Shown here: positions 20,484 through 31,067 of the stretch, piece after piece
Numbering within the stretch: the stretch's first letter is position 1
How the letters are laid out: the number at the start of each line of letters is the position of its first letter
From: Verrucomicrobiota bacterium
GTDB lineage: Bacteria; Verrucomicrobiota; Verrucomicrobiia; Limisphaerales; CANJXF01
Reading direction: 5' to 3'
DNA length: 64,000 nucleotides
Assembly: GCA_038214755.1 (NCBI GenBank)
Contig: JBBQRQ010000011.1
Coordinates: forward strand, 12,011-76,010
The notes under the pieces: model-generated
What the model was told of the DNA's origin: nothing
The model's database searches: none
Seen by the model: the letters and a program-made list of their open reading frames with translations, nothing else
Translations under genes and position numbers: made by a program

Positions 20484-22193
20484 ATGCGACATCTTCAACA
20501 AAAACTGGCCGTCGCTCGCGGAGAACGAATTGCCGAAGTTGTTTTTCGCAACGCCAATCTCGTCAATGTTCTCAGCGGCGAAATTTATCGCGAACACATC
20601 GCGGTTGACGACGGACGCGTGGTTGGACTCGGTAATTACGAAGGAAAAAAAATCATCGATCTCGACGGCGCTTATCTTGCGCCGAGTTTTATCGACGGCC
20701 ATTTTCACGTCGAAAGCACGATGCTCACTGTGCCGGAATTTACGCGCGCCGCTGTTCCGCACGGCACCGGCGCAATGGTGATTGACCCGCACGAATACGC
20801 CAATGTCCTCGGCCTCGACGGTATTCGCTACGTTTTGGAATCGAGCAAAAATCTGCCCATCGATTTTTTTATTATGCTGCCTTCGTGTGTTCCCGCCACG
20901 CATTTGGAATCCGCCGGCGCAAAACTCACGGCGAAAGATTTGGCTTCCATGATTGATGACGAGCGCATCGCCGGGATCGCAGAACTGATGAATTATCCGG
21001 GTGTTTTCTTGGGGACAAAAAGCGAACTAGCAAAAATCGACGCGGGCAAAGGCAAAGCGATTGATGGACATGCCCCCGGTTTGCGGGGAAAGAATCTCAA
21101 CGCCTACGCGCTGGCGGGAATTCGTTCCGATCACGAAAGCACGGATGTCGATGAGGCGCGGGAAAAACTTCGGCTCGGTTTGCACCTGCTCATTCGCGAA
21201 GGCAGCACCGAACGAAATCTCGAACACCTTATTTCGCTCGTCACTCCGCAAAATTCCGTTAATTGCTCCTTCGCCACCGATGACAAACTGGCGGGCGATT
21301 TGGTGGCCGAAGGTCACATCGACCATTCCGTTCGCAAAGCGATCAAACTTGGGATTGCGCCGATCACGGCCATGCAAATGGGGACGATCAATACCGCGCG
21401 GCATTATCGTTTGAAAAATCTCGGCGCGATTGCCCCGCGATTTTGGGCGGACTTCGTTGTGTTCGAAGATTTGAAAAAAATCGTGATCAAACAAACTTAC
21501 AAAAAAGGTTTGTTGGTCGCGGAGAATGGAAAATATCTCGGCCCAATGCCCTCGTCTGTTCCGCGCTCGCGCAACGCGATGAACCTGCGTTATTCGCCAA
21601 AAAATTTTCAGGTCAAAGCCAACGGCGCAAAAAAAATCAGAGTCATCGAAATTATCCCGCAACAAATCGTCACGCGGTCCACGAGCGCCATTCCGAAAAT
21701 TGAACAGGGCGAAATCGTTTCCGACATCGAACGCGATATTTTAAAACTCGTCGTTGTTGAGCGACATCACGCCACCGGAAATGTCGGCGTCGGTTTTGTG
21801 CGCGGATTTAAAATGAAGCGCGGCGCGCTCGGTTCGACCGTGGCGCACGACGCACACAATGTGGTCGTCGTCGGCACGAATGATCGCGACATTCTTCTCG
21901 CGATTCAATCGCTGGAAAAAATGCGCGGTGGCCAGGTCGCTGTCGCCGATGGGAAAATTCTTTCCGCGCTCGAACTTCCGATTGCCGGATTGGTTTCCGA
22001 TCAACCGCTGGAAAAGGTCATAAAAAAAATCGATGCACTCAATGCCGCCGCAAAAAAACTGGGCTGTGATCTGGACGCTCCGTTCATGAGCCTTTCGTTT
22101 CTGAGCCTGTCTCCCATTCCCGAATTGAAATTGAGCGACCAGGGTTTGATCGACGCGGTGAATATGAAGATCATTGATTTGATCGAGGCGTAA
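20484..22193 (+). CDS. ade: Adenine deaminase
   Basis: IDGHFHVESTM, DPHEYANVLG, IDGHAP, SDHE, REGS, AHDAHN, LSPIPELKL. Confidence 0.95.
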   Translation: MRHLQQKLAVARGERIAEVVFRNANLVNVLSGEIYREHIAVDDGRVVGLGNYEGKKIIDLDGAYLAPSFIDGHFHVESTMLTVPEFTRAAVPHGTGAMVIDPHEYANVLGLDGIRYVLESSKNLPIDFFIMLPSCVPATHLESAGAKLTAKDLASMIDDERIAGIAELMNYPGVFLGTKSELAKIDAGKGKAIDGHAPGLRGKNLNAYALAGIRSDHESTDVDEAREKLRLGLHLLIREGSTERNLEHLISLVTPQNSVNCSFATDDKLAGDLVAEGHIDHSVRKAIKLGIAPITAMQMGTINTARHYRLKNLGAIAPRFWADFVVFEDLKKIVIKQTYKKGLLVAENGKYLGPMPSSVPRSRNAMNLRYSPKNFQVKANGAKKIRVIEIIPQQIVTRSTSAIPKIEQGEIVSDIERDILKLVVVERHHATGNVGVGFVRGFKMKRGALGSTVAHDAHNVVVVGTNDRDILLAIQSLEKMRGGQVAVADGKILSALELPIAGLVSDQPLEKVIKKIDALNAAAKKLGCDLDAPFMSLSFLSLSPIPELKLSDQGLIDAVNMKIIDLIEA

Positions 22194-22196
22194 ACT

Positions 22197-22358
22197 GAAA
22201 TCCGAAATCCGAATCGCCGAAATCCGAAAGAAGCTCGAAATCCGAATACCGAAAACGACTTCCGCCAGCGCGCAAAAAAGTGCTTTTCCGCACGCACAGT
22301 TCCGCAGCAACTTCGGCCTTCGGGCTTCGGATTTCTTTCGGATTTCGGATTTCGGATT
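22197..22358. repeat. AAATCCG heptamer palindromic element
   Basis: Two inverted heptamer arms starting right after the ade stop codon. Confidence 0.85.
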
Positions 22359-22454
22359 AAAAGTAGCGGTGTCCTATCGTGGCGCGTCTGTGATCGCTGC
22401 TGAATTTTCTGGCGTCGAGAGAATTCTGTTCAAACCTGAATTTTGCATTAGAGT

Positions 22455-22716
22455 CGTGGCGCAACGCCGGAGAAGCATTACAACTCTGCCAACTGCTGTA
22501 TCGCGCGACTCGCAATTGACAACGCGCTGGATGGGGCGATGTCCTGCGGGTTGCAAACCCGCGATACGGCAGGTTAAAAACCTGCGCTACGGGGCGCGTC
22601 TTTGGCCGTAGCGCAGCTTTGCAAGCTGCTGTATCGCCGGTTTGCAACCGGCAGGGCGTCGCGACATCCTGCGGGTTGCAAACCCGCGATACGGCAGGTT
22701 AAAAACCTGCGCTACG
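22455..22716. repeat. Two tandem GTAG REPINs (GTAGCGCAG family)
   Basis: CCTGCGGGTTGCAAACCCGCGATACGGCAGGTTAAAAACCTGCGCTACG occurs twice, ending at 22591 and 22716. Confidence 0.85.
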
Positions 22717-22735
22717 CCATGTCGTGAAAAATTGA

Positions 22736-24979
22736 ATGAGACAATCGCTCTTCGACAAAACCATCGTCACCACGTTAGCTTTCGCGTCCGTCATTTTTGC
22801 GGTCGATCTGGTTGTTCCGGCGGGCATAGGCGAGTGGATGCTTTATTTCGTTGTGTTGCTTTTTACACCGCGTTCCCGCCGGCTGCTTTACCCCATTTTT
22901 TTTGCGGCGCTCTGCACACTGTTCATTGGCGTCGGTTTTTTCTTTCCTGATTTTTCGGGCGCGCCCTTTGATCTGGAATTCGGAATTCACCGTCGGCTGA
23001 TCGCTGTTTTTGTTTTGTGGGCCATCGCGGTGTATCTGGTGCAACGAAAGTTTTCCGAGATGCAACGGCGGGAAAGTCAGAAGAGATTCTCCGCCTTCCT
23101 GAACAACACTTCGACCGTCGCGTGGATGAAGGACGAAAATTTCCGCTACGTTTACACCAACGAACCTTTCCAGAGATTTTTAAAGAAAAATCCCGATCAA
23201 ATTCACGGCAAAACAGATTTCGATTTTTGGCCGGAACAGATCGCCCGCGAGTTGCGCGCCCACGATCAACAGGTCTTCGCTTCGGATAAAAATCTGGAAA
23301 CCACCGAAACGATTCCCGATGCTGAGGGCCAAGTTCATCACTGGCTGATCCACAAGTTTCCGTTTCGCGACGCGAAGTCGCACCGGTTTGTCGGCGGCAT
23401 GGGGGTCGATCTGACCGGGCAGAAACACGTGGAAGAAGCGTTGCGCAATTCCGAACTGCGCTTTCACTCCGTTTGGAATAGTTCGGCGGACTCCATGCGC
23501 TTGACGGACAAAGATGGAAAAATTGTCGCCGTCAACCCCGCCTACTGCCGCCTGGTTGGTCTGAGCGAAGCACAAGTGGTCGGCCAATTGTTTCCCACAA
23601 CTTATAAATGCGACCTCGAAGAAGTCTTGAAACTTTACCGCGAACGATTTGCCCATCGCACCATTCCGCCGCTGCTGGAACGAACGGTGGAGTTTCCAAG
23701 TGGGAAAATTTTGGAGTTGGAATTTTCCAATTCATTTCTCGATTTCGAGGGACAACCTGCGCTCTGTCTCGCCATTTTCCGGGACGTCACTGGTCGCAAG
23801 CAACACGAAGATCAACGCCTTGATCTCGAAAGAAAATTGCTTGATGGACAAAAACTGGAAAGTCTCGGCGTGCTGGCGGGAGGCATCGCCCACGATTTTA
23901 ATAATTTGCTCACCGGCATTTTGGGAAACGCGGGTCTCTGTTTGATCCAAACTTCCGAAGTCTCTCCCATTCGCCCCTCCCTGGAAAACATCGAACACAT
24001 TTGTCTGCAAGCCGCCGATCTTTGCAAACAAATGCTGGCCTATTCCGGCCACGGCCATTTCATCATTCAAAAAATTGACCTCAATCAACTCGTGGGAGAG
24101 ATGACGCAACTTCTGAAAATTTCCATCGCAAAAAAAGTGGTGTTGAAATTTGATCTCGGCGAAAAACTCCCCGCGATCGAGGCCGACGCCGCGCAAATCC
24201 GCCAGGTCTTGATGAATCTCATCATCAACGCCTCCGAGGCCATCGGTGACAGAAACGGTATCATTAGCATCCGAACGGGCGTGACCCACGCCGATCATTC
24301 TTATCTTGCCGAGGCTTATCTTTCACCGGAATTGCCGGAAGGCGATTACGTTTATCTGGAGGTCGCGGACTCGGGCAGCGGGATGAGCGCCGCGACCCAG
24401 GCGAAAATTTTCGATCCATTTTTCACCACGAAATTTACCGGGCGCGGGCTTGGTCTGGCGGCGGTTTTGGGAATCGTGCGCGGTCACAAAGGCGCTTTGA
24501 AAGTTTATAGCGAACCCGGCAAAGGGACGACTTTCAAACTGCTCCTTCCCTGTTGCAGCGCTGAACCGACCATCATCGAACCCGCCAAAACGCCGTCAAA
24601 AAATTGGCGCGGGAGCGGCACAATCCTCGTGGTCGATGATGAAGAGGGGGTTCGAAAAATCGCGGCGCGAATATTGGAGCTTTTCGGTTTTTCCACATTG
24701 CTGGCGAGTGATGGAAGGGAAGGCGTGGAAATGTTTCGCGCCCATCAAGGAAAAATTTCAGCCGTGATTCTTGACATGACCATGCCGCATCTCAATGGCG
24801 AAGAAGCCTTCCGGGAAATTCGCCGCATCCGCAGCGACGCGCGCGTGCTGCTGGTCAGCGGCTACAATGAACAGGACGCGACGGATCGGTTCGCTGGCAA
24901 AGGTCTGGATGGCTTCCTGCAAAAACCTTTCAAGCCCGATGAGCTGCGCAACAAGCTCAGGGAAATTTTAGAAAAATAA
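22736..24979 (+). CDS. Membrane-bound hybrid sensor histidine kinase (2 PAS, HisKA, HATPase, receiver)
   Basis: GGIAHDFNNLLT, NLIINASEA, FDPFFTTKFTGRGLGL, ILVVDDE, LDMTMP, LQKPF. Confidence 0.93.
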   Translation: MRQSLFDKTIVTTLAFASVIFAVDLVVPAGIGEWMLYFVVLLFTPRSRRLLYPIFFAALCTLFIGVGFFFPDFSGAPFDLEFGIHRRLIAVFVLWAIAVYLVQRKFSEMQRRESQKRFSAFLNNTSTVAWMKDENFRYVYTNEPFQRFLKKNPDQIHGKTDFDFWPEQIARELRAHDQQVFASDKNLETTETIPDAEGQVHHWLIHKFPFRDAKSHRFVGGMGVDLTGQKHVEEALRNSELRFHSVWNSSADSMRLTDKDGKIVAVNPAYCRLVGLSEAQVVGQLFPTTYKCDLEEVLKLYRERFAHRTIPPLLERTVEFPSGKILELEFSNSFLDFEGQPALCLAIFRDVTGRKQHEDQRLDLERKLLDGQKLESLGVLAGGIAHDFNNLLTGILGNAGLCLIQTSEVSPIRPSLENIEHICLQAADLCKQMLAYSGHGHFIIQKIDLNQLVGEMTQLLKISIAKKVVLKFDLGEKLPAIEADAAQIRQVLMNLIINASEAIGDRNGIISIRTGVTHADHSYLAEAYLSPELPEGDYVYLEVADSGSGMSAATQAKIFDPFFTTKFTGRGLGLAAVLGIVRGHKGALKVYSEPGKGTTFKLLLPCCSAEPTIIEPAKTPSKNWRGSGTILVVDDEEGVRKIAARILELFGFSTLLASDGREGVEMFRAHQGKISAVILDMTMPHLNGEEAFREIRRIRSDARVLLVSGYNEQDATDRFAGKGLDGFLQKPFKPDELRNKLREILEK

Positions 24980-24989
24980 AAGAAGAATC

Positions 24990-25163
24990 AAAATCCGAAA
25001 TCCGACTCCCCGAAATCCGAAAGAAATCCGAAACCCGAATACCGAAAAAACGATTCGCGGCCCTCGCCCCAACAAAAGTCTTTTGCCACGAACCACAGCC
25101 GCCGCATTTTCGGGCCTCGGGCTTCGGATTTGTTTCGGATTTCGGATTTCGGCCTTCGGATTT
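24990..25163. repeat. AAATCCG heptamer palindromic element between convergent genes
   Basis: Inverted arms; the right arm overlaps the stop codon of the FmdB gene. Confidence 0.85.
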
Positions 25164-25662
25164 AGTAGTCGTAAATACCCGAATCGTGAGAGTAACCGCC
25201 TCCGCCCGCGCCAGCCGATTCTTCCCCTTCAAGACCTCCCAAAACATCGCCCATATCCTCTTCAATTTTTTCCGGATCTTCGCCGGCCTCCAGCCGCTTG
25301 ATGGCCACCTCGAATTCTTTCGGCATCGAGCCTGCGGGCAATATGTCTTTCATCTTCCGCATCATTTGCGCCATGTGTTTTGGGTTATTTTCATCCATGT
25401 GCTCCATGTCGCGTTCCATCTCGCTCATCGCGCGCATCACTCGCGGATCATCCATGTCGGGCATCGGCCCCTCGCTGTTTTCGCCGGGAGTGGGCGCAGA
25501 TGTTTCTTTAACGCCTTTGGGCGAGGCAAAGGTGCTCATCTGTTTCAACATTTTTTTTGAGCCGCATTTCGGACAAGTCGGAAGACGTTCAGGATTGATC
25601 CGTTTGGAAAGAAAATTAAAAATGACGCGGCACTTGGGGCAGGCGAATTCGTAGATGGGCAT
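25162..25662 (-). CDS. FmdB-family zinc-ribbon protein
   Basis: MPIYEFACPKC...TCPKCGS followed by an acidic, Met-rich helical tail. Confidence 0.88.
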   Translation of the reverse strand: MPIYEFACPKCRVIFNFLSKRINPERLPTCPKCGSKKMLKQMSTFASPKGVKETSAPTPGENSEGPMPDMDDPRVMRAMSEMERDMEHMDENNPKHMAQMMRKMKDILPAGSMPKEFEVAIKRLEAGEDPEKIEEDMGDVLGGLEGEESAGAGGGGYSHDSGIYDY

Positions 25663-25665
25663 GGC

Positions 25666-25894
25666 GATTTAGGATTCACGATTTACGATTTACGCGCCCC
25701 AAAAAATTACGAGCCGGGGACACCGTAGGGCAGGCTTTCCAGCCTGCCGGTTCACGAGACTTTCTAGTCTCGTGAAAGAATAGAGAACTTTTTCTACAGA
25801 TTTCCGAGGGACTGGAAAGTCCCCGGAACCGGCAGGCTGGAAAGCCTGCTCTACGGTGTCCAGCCTCGTAAATCGTAAATCCAAAATCGTAAAT
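25666..25894. repeat. GTAGGGCAGGCT REPIN nested inside AAATCGT heptamer arms
   Basis: Inner inverted repeat 25719-25860; outer GATTTACGATTTACG / CGTAAATCGTAAATC. Confidence 0.85.
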
Positions 25895-25900
25895 GGCTGA

Positions 25901-26845
25901 TTATTTCAACCGATCAAAATTCTTTTGCAGAATCTGCCAATCTTTCAACCCTTTGACCTTCTCCTGAAAGCTGGCGTTGATCTTCGCTTCGTTCGCATTT
26001 TTCGTTGGGCGATTGACTTTGTAAAAAATTCCGAAGCGCCCCGGAAATGCTTCGCCCGCCAATTTGTAAGCAGCCATTTCATCGGTTACGTCGTGCTCGG
26101 CTGGAACCAGATTAAACGCGCCGCCCTTGCGGGGGTTGGCGGCATCAAACGCGCCTTCGTAAAACTCCACGCACTCACTCAAGCATTCGATCACACTAAA
26201 GCCATCGTGATCCATCGCGGCTTCCATCATTTGCAAAAGATGATTTGGATTGGTCGCCGTCGCGCGCGCCACGAACGTCGCTCCGGCGGAAATCAATTGC
26301 TTCATTGGATTGACCGGCTGATCGACTGCGCCCCAAATGTCCGTTTTGCTTTTGAAACCAATCGGCGATGTCGGCGAAGTTTGTTTTTTGGTCAGGCCGT
26401 AAACGAAATTATCCATGATGACATAGGTCATCTTGATGTTTTTTCGCGCAGTGTGATTGACGTGATTTCCGCCGATGGAAAAAGCGTCGCCATCCCCTCC
26501 GAAAACAAACACGTGAAGATCAGGCCGCGAGAGTGAAACACCGCTGGCAAAAGGCAAGGCGCGCCCGTGGATGTAATGCACTCCGTGCGCCTGCACGAAA
26601 TACGGAAAACGGCTCGAACAACCGATCCCCGCAATGGTCGTGATCTGTTCGTGCAACATTTTGCGCTTCTCGATCAGTTTGAAATAAAGCGCCAACACGG
26701 AAAAATCGCCGCAGCCAGGGCACCACGTCGGATGGTCGGCCGCGACTTCTTTTTTGGTGAGGCCTTTGCGTTCGGAATCGGGAAGGGGAGTAACTGAGGT
26801 GATGTCGCCGCTGCGAGGAGGAATTTCTAATTTTGTTTCGTTCAT
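25901..26845 (-). CDS. korB: 2-oxoacid:ferredoxin oxidoreductase beta subunit
   Basis: WCPGCGD, GIGCSSR, HGRALP, TPP-binding GGDGD...N motif, YGLTKKQTSPT. Confidence 0.92.
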   Translation of the reverse strand: MNETKLEIPPRSGDITSVTPLPDSERKGLTKKEVAADHPTWCPGCGDFSVLALYFKLIEKRKMLHEQITTIAGIGCSSRFPYFVQAHGVHYIHGRALPFASGVSLSRPDLHVFVFGGDGDAFSIGGNHVNHTARKNIKMTYVIMDNFVYGLTKKQTSPTSPIGFKSKTDIWGAVDQPVNPMKQLISAGATFVARATATNPNHLLQMMEAAMDHDGFSVIECLSECVEFYEGAFDAANPRKGGAFNLVPAEHDVTDEMAAYKLAGEAFPGRFGIFYKVNRPTKNANEAKINASFQEKVKGLKDWQILQKNFDRLK

Positions 26846-26934
26846 AAATTTTTGTGCAAAGGAGAATTTTCTTCCTTATCGAATGGAAAACCCGACGAAC
26901 TTTTTTGCAAAAAGATTGGGGATTTCCAGCGGCT

Positions 26935-26963
26935 ACGCTAGGAAGGCAGGCAGGGAATGTCAA
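26935..26963 (-). promoter_or_regulatory. Putative sigma70 promoter of korB
   Basis: TTGACA-17 bp-TAGCGT on the minus strand. Confidence 0.5.
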
Positions 26964-27080
26964 ACTTTTAGCTCTGAACAGCAAAGCTCCTGAAAGATGA
27001 TAAGCCTGGTAAAATTTTGCTGTGGCACATTCACATCTCAAAGACTTTTTTCGGGAAACGTTTCTTCGTCCAGTTTAAAT

Positions 27081-28007
27081 TCAGTGCGCTGAGTTTGCGG
27101 GCAGGACGGTTTTGGTTTTTTGAGGAGGAGAAGTAAGGTTGGTTTTCCGATTCCAAACCCGAGGAGCCTGCAATGGTTTCTGAACGCGGGGTTCGGTGGA
27201 CGGAATAATCTCAGTCACTGCATCGCCGAGCTGCTTCATTGGATTTTTTTCGGCAGACGGTTCAGCTTTTGAATGGCGGATCAAATCAATGATTTCGGGA
27301 GCGTGTAAATTGGAGACGGCTGCCCCGATCACCAGATTTGCTTTTTCCTGAATTTCTAATTTCGAAAACTTGTCATCTGCGAAATCCAGTAACTTCACGA
27401 GATTTGTAATTTGGATTCGCGGACGTAAAAAGAGTGAGTCGTCGAGTACAGAAAAATCCACCAATTCCTTCGTTGTGCCAAAAAGGGTTAGGGTCACGAC
27501 TGCCCGCTCTACGGTTGGACGGGAACGAAGAATGTTGCCACGCCATTCCACTTGATACACGGGCAACATGAGAACTTCTTTATTTATCCCATCCGGATAG
27601 AACCGCCACTGAGTTATCCGCCGGCGATATTTTTTTTCGAGGGCTGGAAGGTCTATTTCAAGTGCAATGAGCCAGTTCGTGGCGCGTTGATAGGCTCCGT
27701 TTTCATCAATTAGAGAAGGAAATTTTGAAAGCTCAAAATTCCGACGCCTGATCGATTCGTCAGAATCCGTCGGCATGAATCCTCGTTTTCGAAAATTCGC
27801 TAAGTGTCCATCTCCGAAACCAAAGAAAAAATTATCGGTCAGAATGCTCCCGCTGAAATCCTTCAAGTACGGAGACCCGATGTGGCTGCCGTTTCGCACG
27901 TCTGATTGATTGAACGTCTTCCCCGGAGAGAGTCCTGTCTGATCGCAAAAGAAATTCACCTCGACCAACATCAATATCGTTGCCACAAATTGGTAGGCCA
28001 GATTCAT
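27081..28007 (-). CDS. Hypothetical protein (candidate partner or inhibitor of the upstream protease-like protein)
   Basis: 308-aa ORF, third gene of a co-oriented cassette; no family recognised. Confidence 0.7.
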   Translation of the reverse strand: MNLAYQFVATILMLVEVNFFCDQTGLSPGKTFNQSDVRNGSHIGSPYLKDFSGSILTDNFFFGFGDGHLANFRKRGFMPTDSDESIRRRNFELSKFPSLIDENGAYQRATNWLIALEIDLPALEKKYRRRITQWRFYPDGINKEVLMLPVYQVEWRGNILRSRPTVERAVVTLTLFGTTKELVDFSVLDDSLFLRPRIQITNLVKLLDFADDKFSKLEIQEKANLVIGAAVSNLHAPEIIDLIRHSKAEPSAEKNPMKQLGDAVTEIIPSTEPRVQKPLQAPRVWNRKTNLTSPPQKTKTVLPANSAH

Positions 28008-28042
28008 TTCGCAGTTATCAGGCGTTCGTCAGACCTTGAGTG

Positions 28043-28315
28043 TTACCGCAGCAGAATATGAAAAAGGAAATAAAAAATGACGGCCGGCAAAGGTAACAAC
28101 ACGAACGCCAGTGGAACTTGCCAACTCGCGCCTTTCCAAAAAACCGGTAAGACAAAAACAACTGTGGTTACCGCGAGAATTCCGGCGATAAATACGAGAT
28201 GCAACTCCCGTTCGACGCTGCCCCACATTCCTAATTTTTGAGTTAGAACCCATAGCGCCACGTTTAGAAAGAAACCGATAAGCAATCTGAGCAAACTTTG
28301 TTGTGGCAAACTCAT
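28043..28315 (-). CDS. Small membrane protein (about 3 TM)
   Basis: 90 aa with three hydrophobic stretches; starts 13 nt after the upstream stop. Confidence 0.65.
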   Translation of the reverse strand: MSLPQQSLLRLLIGFFLNVALWVLTQKLGMWGSVERELHLVFIAGILAVTTVVFVLPVFWKGASWQVPLAFVLLPLPAVIFYFLFHILLR

Positions 28316-28328
28316 GCCTAAAAACTTT

Positions 28329-30929
28329 TCAAGGATCGTGCCTCTTTAAATCGGAGCATCCGGAAATTCTCCATTTGTCCTGATTGGTAAAACCGTAACC
28401 GGTCGCCGTATCCGCGAAAAAATCCATGCAGATGTCCAGCGGATATCCACCCATCCATCGCGAAAAAAGTTCACTTAACGCCGAACCATATTGAGCGTGA
28501 GCGATCCCACCTGAGTCGAACGCGCCCGGACACAATCCTTGGTCGGTCCATGCTACGAATGCCTGCGGTTTGCGGCCCGTAAATTGATATTCCAACACAA
28601 TATTGGTGCTCCCTGTTTCCGAGAAATCTATGCCAAAGGCGTTAGCCCAGCCAGCATGATAGGTATCGCATCCGTTAAGAATGACGAGACGGTAAGGGCG
28701 CTTGTTATCGCGGAGAAGGGTGCGCGTGGAGCGATGCTTTTTGTTTTCCAAGACACGTTCAACGTCATCGGAGAGCAGGTTTGATTTGTGCACGTTTCCC
28801 GCAATCGCATCGGCGTTTCCGTGTCCGAACCAAAAGAAATTCCCGCTGCTCTTGAGAGCGTTGAGCAGTAGTTCTTTGTCGTCGTCATTGTCGTACCGAA
28901 ATGTGCTTGTGTAGGGGATGTTCCATTGTGGAGACAATGTGTAGGAATCGAAGCTCGAAGGATTCCCCACGATGTTGATTACCGAATCACGCATCAACTG
29001 TTCGCGACGATTGTTGAAGGCAAACGTGTAAGCGTCCCAACCCCAAGCGACGGCGAATGTATCTGAGACGCTACCGGTCTGCTTGATAAACCACAATTGC
29101 CCACTAGGAACATTGGTTGGGTTAAATGGAGGCGGCAAACTTCCGCTCCCGGTAGGTAGCGTAAAGACGGCAGCGCGAACGTGACTAAATGCAATTTGCT
29201 GACCGTTGAACGTCAAATCCCACGCCGCAAGTTCCGTCCCGTTGGTGGTGCTCGATGTGTAGTAAACGAGCGGCTGATTCTGCTCGTCGTAAAATTCAAC
29301 GCGAAAGTTCGCATTCTGGTACGCAAAGGTGAGATCGAGAACCAATGTGTGACTAAACTCTGAAGTCCATTTTGCAAATGCCACCTGGTTTGTGACGATA
29401 ATATTTTTAGTTGCTCCGGAAATTTTGGCGGGAGCAGGCGGCACTGCCCCGGGAGAATACTGAAAATTCAACGCTATCGAGTAATTGCCATTGGTCATCC
29501 AAATAGTGTTCCAGTTAATGTACCAACGTTGATCGGCTCTTTTCGTCAGGAATGCATCCGCTCGATTGCTATTTATGAGCAATGAAATCGGCTGCTGATC
29601 GACATGACTTTTGAGCGGCACGGGAATTAGCGCATAGTCGCGAAAGGTTTGGTTCGTAGCAATGTTACCTAGGTTCAACGGGTTGTCTGCACCGTTTGGA
29701 CACGTATCCAGTTTGTATTCGGCAAGGTTCGGCAAACCATCCGCATCAGGATCATCGTTAGGACCTTGATCCAGATTTCCGAAGTGCGCCAATTCCCATT
29801 CGTCGGGCATGCCGTCTCCATCGTCGTCTTGCGGAATAATCGTAACAGGCCGCTTCACAAAACCTCCGTGTCCATCCGTCAACACATAAAGAAATCGGTC
29901 TTGCGTGAGGTAATTAGAAGTTCGCGTATAGACGATTTCGCCGTTAGCGTTGGTTTCCGCAGTTCCGCGCGACGGCTGTTCAATGACCGCCAATTGCAAC
30001 GAATTGCTGTCCGCATCCGTGGCATTGGTCAGGATGGGAAAAGAAATACCCGCCTGATTGGTGAACAACGTAAATTCCAGCGGCGGCGCGGAAGGATGAT
30101 TATTTCCGCTCTCGTTGACGAAAACAAAAACGGACGCTGAATTTGAACCGCCCACATTGTTCGTGATCGAATACGAAAAAGTATCCATTCCGGAAAACGC
30201 GTTGGTCGGGCTGTAAAGGAAAATGGAACCGTCATCACTGTATTCAATCAATCCGTGACTCGCGGCCTGAACGCTCGAAAGAAGAATCGGGTTGTCATCG
30301 GGATCTATGTCGTTTTCCAAAATATCAAGTTGGTTGGAAACAGAACCTTGTTCGACGCCGAAAATATCCAGTCGCGTAATCGGTGTCGGCGCAAAAACGC
30401 GATAGAATCCTGAACAGACATTGCTGTTTGTGTTGACTGGATTGCAGCTATTGCCACCGAAGGAAAACGAACTGACTGAATTGGAAGAACTGCTCTCACT
30501 TTGAAACGTTGCTTCTTTGGAACTGCTCAAATTCGAGATTTCCCAAGGTGACGGCGGCAGGGGAGGGAAATCGTCTTTTTCATTCGACTGCGATGATGAT
30601 GAAAAACTGTTTGGACTTGGCGGGCCGCCACTTCCACCGCCGCCACCTCCTCCATTGCCGGACGGCCAACAAACAGCATTGGTGTGAACAAAAGTTGTCC
30701 GATTCGTTCCAACCGCTGCCGGATAAGCGTTGGTAAGCGTTTGCCATACATCATTCGGATCGAGGGTCGCTCGGTATTGAACAATGTAAATGGCGTTGCT
30801 CTGGCTCTGCCAACGAAGCACCGCGTCATTGCCTTGCACCGAGAGGGTTAGCCCTTCGACTCCTGGAGCATATTGGAGAGAAAGGCCGGAAAGAACTATT
30901 GCCAAAAACAAGACGCATTTCGTTTTCAT
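28329..30929 (-). CDS. Secreted protein: N-terminal FYR domain, cadherin/Big_9-like repeats, Asp-rich Ca-binding repeat, C-terminal caspase-like (clan CD) domain
   Basis: Signal peptide; LENDIDPD...F.Y.P...F.G.DTFSYSI; DDDGDGMPDEWE...DADGLPNLAEY; FFWFGHG and LVILNGC. Confidence 0.78.
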   Translation of the reverse strand: MKTKCVLFLAIVLSGLSLQYAPGVEGLTLSVQGNDAVLRWQSQSNAIYIVQYRATLDPNDVWQTLTNAYPAAVGTNRTTFVHTNAVCWPSGNGGGGGGGSGGPPSPNSFSSSSQSNEKDDFPPLPPSPWEISNLSSSKEATFQSESSSSNSVSSFSFGGNSCNPVNTNSNVCSGFYRVFAPTPITRLDIFGVEQGSVSNQLDILENDIDPDDNPILLSSVQAASHGLIEYSDDGSIFLYSPTNAFSGMDTFSYSITNNVGGSNSASVFVFVNESGNNHPSAPPLEFTLFTNQAGISFPILTNATDADSNSLQLAVIEQPSRGTAETNANGEIVYTRTSNYLTQDRFLYVLTDGHGGFVKRPVTIIPQDDDGDGMPDEWELAHFGNLDQGPNDDPDADGLPNLAEYKLDTCPNGADNPLNLGNIATNQTFRDYALIPVPLKSHVDQQPISLLINSNRADAFLTKRADQRWYINWNTIWMTNGNYSIALNFQYSPGAVPPAPAKISGATKNIIVTNQVAFAKWTSEFSHTLVLDLTFAYQNANFRVEFYDEQNQPLVYYTSSTTNGTELAAWDLTFNGQQIAFSHVRAAVFTLPTGSGSLPPPFNPTNVPSGQLWFIKQTGSVSDTFAVAWGWDAYTFAFNNRREQLMRDSVINIVGNPSSFDSYTLSPQWNIPYTSTFRYDNDDDKELLLNALKSSGNFFWFGHGNADAIAGNVHKSNLLSDDVERVLENKKHRSTRTLLRDNKRPYRLVILNGCDTYHAGWANAFGIDFSETGSTNIVLEYQFTGRKPQAFVAWTDQGLCPGAFDSGGIAHAQYGSALSELFSRWMGGYPLDICMDFFADTATGYGFTNQDKWRISGCSDLKRHDP

Positions 30930-31067
30930 AGTTTTTTTTGACTGGCCGCTTTGAAATTGCCGCCGTCAATAGGAAGCGAACTTGTCCAAAAAACGCAAGA
31001 TCAAAATCGACCTTTCTACACGGAGCGTGTGTGGTCACTTTTTTCTGGTTCTGTTTCCTAAGCCCTC

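Noticed and set aside
20065..20781. 238-aa ORF and similar ORFs containing RNPKSE or FGFRISDF (also 7710, 21741, 24957, 37558)
   Set aside because: These are translations of intergenic repeats running into real genes in the wrong frame or strand.
22197..22716. Clustered repeats as a possible CRISPR array
   Set aside because: They are inverted pairs and 7-mers without regular unique spacers, and no cas genes are present.
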